From the IMG/VR virus record IMGVR_UViG_2595698754_000001, positions 3,171-67,170 of that record: a stretch of 64,000 nucleotides of DNA, one strand, 5' to 3'. Position 1 is the stretch's first letter; each line of letters begins with the position of its first letter. This DNA comes from a virus (Duplodnaviria > Caudoviricetes). Below the pieces are notes generated by a model, which was not told the origin of the DNA, ran no database searches, and worked only from the letters and a program-made list of their open reading frames with translations. Positions 59,100-64,000 of the stretch are shown here, piece after piece. The position numbers were made by a program, and so were the translations under genes.

Positions 59100-59252
59100 A
59101 CCCCTAGATAGCACTTAACCCTCCAAAGCTTCCGACTTGCTTGGAGGGATTTCATAAATGCTGAAAGGAGGTGAAAAATTGTTACTACTTTTTTAACCGC
59201 TGTTAGGTATTTTAGAACAAGCCACCACAACTGTTCATGTGTACCTTGGCAC
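59100..59252 (-). ncRNA. candidate sRNA or long leader with an anti-SD motif
   Basis: TTGACA-17-TATTAT promoter at 59259-59287; 5' hairpin; UUUUUCACCUCCUUUC; 3' hairpin CCCTCCAA/TTGGAGGG. Confidence 0.45.
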
Positions 59253-59283
59253 ATCTTTATAATAACATATATTGGGGATGTTG

Positions 59284-59679
59284 TCAAGTCCGTTTTCCCG
59301 CACATTTTGGACAACCTCGTCCATATTTAATATCTGATGGAGTAATATCCCAAATGTGCGTACATTTTTTACACCTATGTGCTATCTTAGTGTCACTATT
59401 TACATACTCACCTAATACTTCCACATTGATTCCTTTTGCAACAATTTGTGAAACATACTCCTCTTGAGTTAGTCTAACTCCACCAGCACACTTAGGACAT
59501 CCCTGTCCATTTTTAATGCTATTTGGTCTAACACCCCATGTGTGGTTGCACGTTTTACATTTGTGCAGTATTTTTATACTATTACCTAAATAAGTTCCCA
59601 ATACTTCTACCTTACTATTTTTATCCTTAACTTGTTTTACGTATTCTTCATGTGTTAGCTTTCTTTTACCTCTTGGCAA
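59284..59679 (-). CDS. Zn-ribbon repeat protein lacking a nuclease domain
   Basis: Two repeats paralogous to 58149-59072; same upstream AGTAGAAGGAAGGTT leader. Confidence 0.8.
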   Translation of the reverse strand: MPRGKRKLTHEEYVKQVKDKNSKVEVLGTYLGNSIKILHKCKTCNHTWGVRPNSIKNGQGCPKCAGGVRLTQEEYVSQIVAKGINVEVLGEYVNSDTKIAHRCKKCTHIWDITPSDIKYGRGCPKCAGKRT

Positions 59680-59727
59680 TTATAAAACCTTCCTTCTACT
59701 AATTTACTCTCTCTCTATAGAAAGTAC

Positions 59728-59928
59728 TTATCCCTCTGCAATATAATCAGTTGCTATTAAATCATTTAAAAATTCCTCACAAGATGCTACAGCAATACCG
59801 CCACCCCAGTTACCTTGATAAATCTTTTCTAAACGAAATATTCCTTTCTCTAAAATCTTAATAGTTACTACTTCTTCCCTCTCATAAGTTATACGGTACC
59901 TTTTGTTAGTATCAAAAACCTTTGCCAT
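59728..59928 (-). CDS. hypothetical protein
   Basis: RBS; operon context. Confidence 0.6.
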   Translation of the reverse strand: MAKVFDTNKRYRITYEREEVVTIKILEKGIFRLEKIYQGNWGGGIAVASCEEFLNDLIATDYIAEG

Positions 59929-59937
59929 TTGTTTTTA

Positions 59938-60180
59938 TCATTCCCTTATATATTTCTCTTCCTTTTGTAAAGCACACATTTTAGTAGAGATAACCTGCAA
60001 ACTTTTATTAATACGATTTAACTTACCTCTAGTAACTCTTCCACTCATTGTATTTAATATTGAGTTAATAACATAAAGATAGGATATAACAAAAGCACCA
60101 TTAACATCTCTTTTAATAACTACTTCATATACTGTGCTAATATCCTCTGCAATAACGTGGTTGTAAAGTTTGCTATCCAT
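59938..60180 (-). CDS. hypothetical protein
   Basis: GAGGAG RBS. Confidence 0.65.
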   Translation of the reverse strand: MDSKLYNHVIAEDISTVYEVVIKRDVNGAFVISYLYVINSILNTMSGRVTRGKLNRINKSLQVISTKMCALQKEEKYIRE

Positions 60181-60192
60181 AATAATTACTCC

Positions 60193-60402
60193 TCACTCTT
60201 TAATGTACAAATCCTTTATCCCGGCATAGAATAAATATTGTGCTACCTCCGCACACAAATTAGTTGCGTATGAATGTCTTCCATTGTCATACAAGAATTT
60301 TCTTTTAAATGCTCCGGTATTTCCCAAGTAACGTATCTCAATTCGTAAAACTCTCTTATCCTCTTCTTCAAATCTGTCTACGCTATCAAATATATCTGGC
60401 AT
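60193..60402 (-). CDS. hypothetical protein
   Basis: AAAGGAG RBS. Confidence 0.65.
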   Translation of the reverse strand: MPDIFDSVDRFEEEDKRVLRIEIRYLGNTGAFKRKFLYDNGRHSYATNLCAEVAQYLFYAGIKDLYIKE

Positions 60403-60415
60403 ATCACACTCTCCT

Positions 60416-60619
60416 TTATTTCACTATACAATCATATATAAAAATTGTTAAAGCATATCTTATAGGCTCATCCACGTAATATCTTTCTCTACATCCAGAT
60501 ACTGTTTTAAACATAGTCAATATCTCATCACTACTTGGTTTTTTGTATAATCTAATATGTGTAACTTTTTCTCCATCTCTTGTATACACGTAACTATACT
60601 TTTGTTTAGGTTGTTTCAA
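60416..60619 (-). CDS. hypothetical protein
   Basis: GAGGAG RBS. Confidence 0.6.
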   Translation of the reverse strand: MKQPKQKYSYVYTRDGEKVTHIRLYKKPSSDEILTMFKTVSGCRERYYVDEPIRYALTIFIYDCIVK

Positions 60620-60869
60620 TTACAAACGCTCCTCTCCTACTAGCAGTAAACTCGTGACCAATCTGTGCCTTATCCTTTCTGTAATTAACATAGAACAACG
60701 CTCTCAAAATTGTATCTGAATTACTAAATCTAAAAGTATTAATCGTTCCACACGTTTCACTCCAAAACGTAATTAAACAAGAACAATCAAATTTGTTATC
60801 CTCAACTAATTTTATATCTAGCAACACTCTGTTACAAATACTATCAATTAAATACCCCAACTCTTCCAC
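60606..60869 (-). CDS. hypothetical protein
   Basis: AGGAGGGG RBS; promoter TTGACA-17-TATACT upstream. Confidence 0.65.
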   Translation of the reverse strand: MEELGYLIDSICNRVLLDIKLVEDNKFDCSCLITFWSETCGTINTFRFSNSDTILRALFYVNYRKDKAQIGHEFTASRRGAFVIETT

Positions 60870-60915
60870 ATAATCCCCTCCTACTATTTAAGTATACCAA
60901 AAAGGAGAAAGACTG

Positions 60916-62854
60916 TCAACTATCTTCCTCCCAAGTGGTATCTCCCCAACTAATTTCGTCATCACCTTCTCCTAAAGAGCATACCTCATTGTCTATTATT
61001 GAAGTCATATCCCCCATAATACGTAAGAACACCCTTCCCCTTTCATCTTTAAATATGCAAATATTGGACACATTGGTAGTATTAATAGCTTTAAAATTAG
61101 CTGTTCTTGTTTCCCCACTATGGTTATTAATCCATTTTAGCACCAAGCTAGGTAAAGAAAACTTAACACTCATTCCAAATCACCTCTCCAAATAAAGCCT
61201 CTTCTCCTGCACGTGAAATGCTGGTATAATCACCCATTCCCTCTGCTGGCTCTATCTGTAAGAAGAACGTACCATAGGAGTTTAGTACAAGTTTGATTCG
61301 TATAATATCCTTTGTAGTTTTTTTGTCAAATAAGTATTCCCTTTCCACGTATATTTTATCAATCCATCTCACTCGCAGGTCTGGAAGTGAAAATTTAACA
61401 TTACTCATTCCACACCAACTCTCCGATATACAACATAGTCTCATCTTCTTCTAAAAAAGCACACCACTCTTCTCTTCCACTGTCTCCAGTAACTCCCGCT
61501 CGCAATTTACCTGATTTACTATTTCGCCATACTCTTATTCTTGTAACATTCTTTTTATTGCGTTGAGGGAAATCAAAAATTGCTTTACGTCCACTTTGAA
61601 GTCTTTCCCCTACTCTTAGTTTTGGAAGGGAATATTTAATACTCATCCTCTTTCCTCCTTCATTTCCCAAGCTACTATTTCTACACCATTAATACTCATA
61701 AAACTTATTCCGTTACCGTCTCCTGAATTTTTAACTACGATCAAACTCCAATTACCGTTGCTGAGCTCTATGCTTACCTTAGAAACCCCATGACCGTCAT
61801 TAAGACGCATTCCACACATTCTTAGTTCCCTACAAAATCCTACAATATCCGCTAATACTGGATACATTTTAACCACGGTCACTCCACCTCTTCCCAATCT
61901 ATAATACTAATAGATTCAATATATTGGAAACATGCTTCAAACTCCTCCAAAGAAGTACTAATTAAATTTATATTCCAATCTCCCTCCTCATCCAAAAATA
62001 TGTTTATATTGGTTATCCCGTAGTTTGACATATTTGCAATACGAAGCCAGTCACCTTCCCAATCTCTTCCTACGATATTATCTAATATCGGATACATTTT
62101 AGTCACACTCATTCCTCCGTTTCCCAATAAGTTGCTCCTAGATGTATGGCATTAGCTAGTTCATAACTCTTGCCCCACGCCTGAGAGTTTAATTCAGACT
62201 CTATCATGACATCAAATTCAGTAACACCCGCTAATCTATTATCTTTAGTAATAGCAATTCTTATTATTTTATGTGTTACATCTTTCTCATAAGGATGAGC
62301 ACCAATATAGCTATCATACTGTAAATGTGCCGTTGGCAGGGATGGAAAAATCTTGCTCATTTATAATTACCTCACTTCCACGTTGTTTCTCCAAGAACTA
62401 CTGTATATCTACCTTCTCCAAATTTCCAAATATTACGGTTATATTTTGTTTCTAATTCTATACTGAAAAATTCTTTACTAGTAGGAGTGTCCTCGCACAT
62501 TGTTATTGTAACGTTAACTACATCTACATATCTTAAATCATATTGCCTACTACATGCTAAGTCATGCAAAAGAGCAGAAGATAGGGAAGGCAAATTTGTT
62601 TCCATCGTTAACACCTCTCAACCCCAAGTAGTTTCTCCTAGATATACCTCATCATAAGGAGTTATTTCCCAGCCATCCGAATAATTAATAGATTCCAATC
62701 TAACGTAAAACTCCCGCTTACCTGCTATATTAGTTCTGTAGGAAACTAAAACTCTTATTAAATGATGTGTTGCCCTAAATTCATAAGGATATTCTTTTCC
62801 ACTTGCTGTATCTGTCAAACATGCCCCAAGTAAAGAAGGTTTATTACTCTTCAT
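60916..62854 (-). repeat. tandem array of 8 diverged ~80-aa paralogous genes
   Basis: ORFs 62618-62854, 62372-62614, 62109-62360, 61879-62127, 61643-61897, 61401-61670, 61163-61444 and 60916-61173 share an N-terminal P-x-L, a central V/I-x-x-I-x-I and a C-terminal (G-E/D-x-x-)W. Confidence 0.8.
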
Positions 62855-63287
62855 GTTTCTTTACCTGTATAATTAATTGTGCATTCTCTTCTCGTAACAT
62901 GAGCAATTCTTCTTGTAAGTTTTCTGCTTCTTTTTGTTGATACTCTAATCTATCCAAAAGTTCTTTGTTGGAGCTATATAAATTTACAACTCTATCGGTT
63001 AGGTCTCTACATGTTTTACCACTAGCATTCATCGCTTCTTGGCATTGATTAATATAGGTTCGTAAGATATTAATTTCTCTTTTGTGTGCTTCTGCGGTTA
63101 CTCCATCAAATAAAAAGTAATACAACATGGGTCTACCAACAAAGTACCCATAGCCCAGTGAAAGAATAAACGCTAAAGCTACTTCCCATCCTGTAGTAGC
63201 TTCTTCTCCTCCGGAAGCAAATAAAGGCAACATAAAAATTGCAATACCGACAAAAGGTTCAATCCACATTTTATAAATTCGTTTCAT
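62844..63287 (-). CDS. membrane protein with C-terminal coiled coil
   Basis: Two TM segments followed by heptad repeats. Confidence 0.7.
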   Translation of the reverse strand: MKRIYKMWIEPFVGIAIFMLPLFASGGEEATTGWEVALAFILSLGYGYFVGRPMLYYFLFDGVTAEAHKREINILRTYINQCQEAMNASGKTCRDLTDRVVNLYSSNKELLDRLEYQQKEAENLQEELLMLREENAQLIIQVKKHEE

Positions 63288-63295
63288 ATTATCAC

Positions 63296-63682
63296 CTAGC
63301 GATTAATACGCATTCCCTCTCTACGGTATTTTAAATCTGTTCCTAATACTTCGTTAATTGGTTCTAACCAACTTGTTAAATCAGACAACACAATATAATC
63401 CTTTTCCTCCACCCGCTTAGCAAATTTCTCTAATTCAATCAAAACAGGATTCCATCTAGATTCACTTGTGGAATCAATTGTAATAGTTGTTTCATCTTTA
63501 GCTTTCTCTACACTTCTTCCGTGGAATCTTTCTTCAACCAAAGCGGGAATATCAATAGGTTCTACTTGTTCCTTCTTATTAATCTTTCCAACCATTTCTT
63601 TAATCAAGTCTAAAGCATATTCCATCTCTTCTTTTGTTTGGTCTTCTGACCAGTTCCATTCTGCATATACTACATCAGCCAT
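63296..63682 (-). CDS. hypothetical protein
   Basis: AGGAGG RBS. Confidence 0.7.
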   Translation of the reverse strand: MADVVYAEWNWSEDQTKEEMEYALDLIKEMVGKINKKEQVEPIDIPALVEERFHGRSVEKAKDETTITIDSTSESRWNPVLIELEKFAKRVEEKDYIVLSDLTSWLEPINEVLGTDLKYRREGMRINR

Positions 63683-63713
63683 TTTATATCTCCTCCTAAT
63701 AATTTATAAACTA

Positions 63714-63742
63714 ATCTTAGCACGTACCTTTCTAATTGTCAA
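63714..63742 (-). promoter_or_regulatory. sigma-A promoter for the leftward array
   Basis: Minus strand TTGACA-17-TAAGAT with TG. Confidence 0.75.
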
Positions 63743-64000
63743 CTATTTTCTTCAAAATAAATTAATATGACACTTATACCATTTATTTTTCCATAAAGTG
63801 CGACGATTTAGGGGGGTAAACTGCATCTTTACATGTTTTTAAAGAGTAATGTTTCTTCTTACTCTTGAAATAGTAGTGAGTAATATCAAATATTTATCGA
63901 AAGATTTTGAACGGGGCTACACTTATTTATAAGACACTGGCGTGTTTTTATTAAAAAAGAAAGACCTCCAAAAAATAACAAGAGAGAAAGGGAGTGAAAG

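Noticed and set aside
1-64000. Temperate lifestyle module
   Set aside because: No integrase, CI/Cro pair or att site recognised in this window; a few kb of the genome may lie outside it.

Overview
The window is most of a lytic siphophage genome from a low-GC Gram-positive host. It is very likely a Listeria phage of the P70/Homburgvirus type, judged from the Ply500/Ply118-type L-Ala-D-Glu endolysin, an AcrIIA4 homolog and the gene order; no integrase or repressor is visible. Layout: end of a tail gene plus lysis cassette (1-2.3 kb); SPP1-like head and tail operon (2.3-20.3 kb); a leftward operon (SSB, radical SAM) preceded by about 820 nt of structured non-coding sequence (20.4-24.1 kb); replication and recombination genes including a family A DNA polymerase split by a group I intron (24.4-35.5 kb); middle accessory genes (35.5-46 kb); an early/host-takeover island with strong promoters (46.6-51.5 kb); a 1.1 kb non-coding convergence zone; and a leftward array of small genes (52.6-63.7 kb). 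Best leads: (1) a large structured ncRNA candidate and a smaller related RNA, both carrying anti-Shine-Dalgarno sequences; (2) four early promoters, including the anti-CRISPR promoter, each with a WalR-type TGTWAH-N5-TGTWAH box exactly 10 bp upstream of a weak -35; (3) an FN3 domain apparently split between the capsid C-terminus and two separate decoration proteins; (4) a group I intron that appears to end in A rather than omega-G; (5) an AcrIIA4 homolog with an extra acidic domain; (6) a tandem family of at least 8 diverged small paralogs. All calls come from reading the sequence by eye; no searches or folding programs were run.
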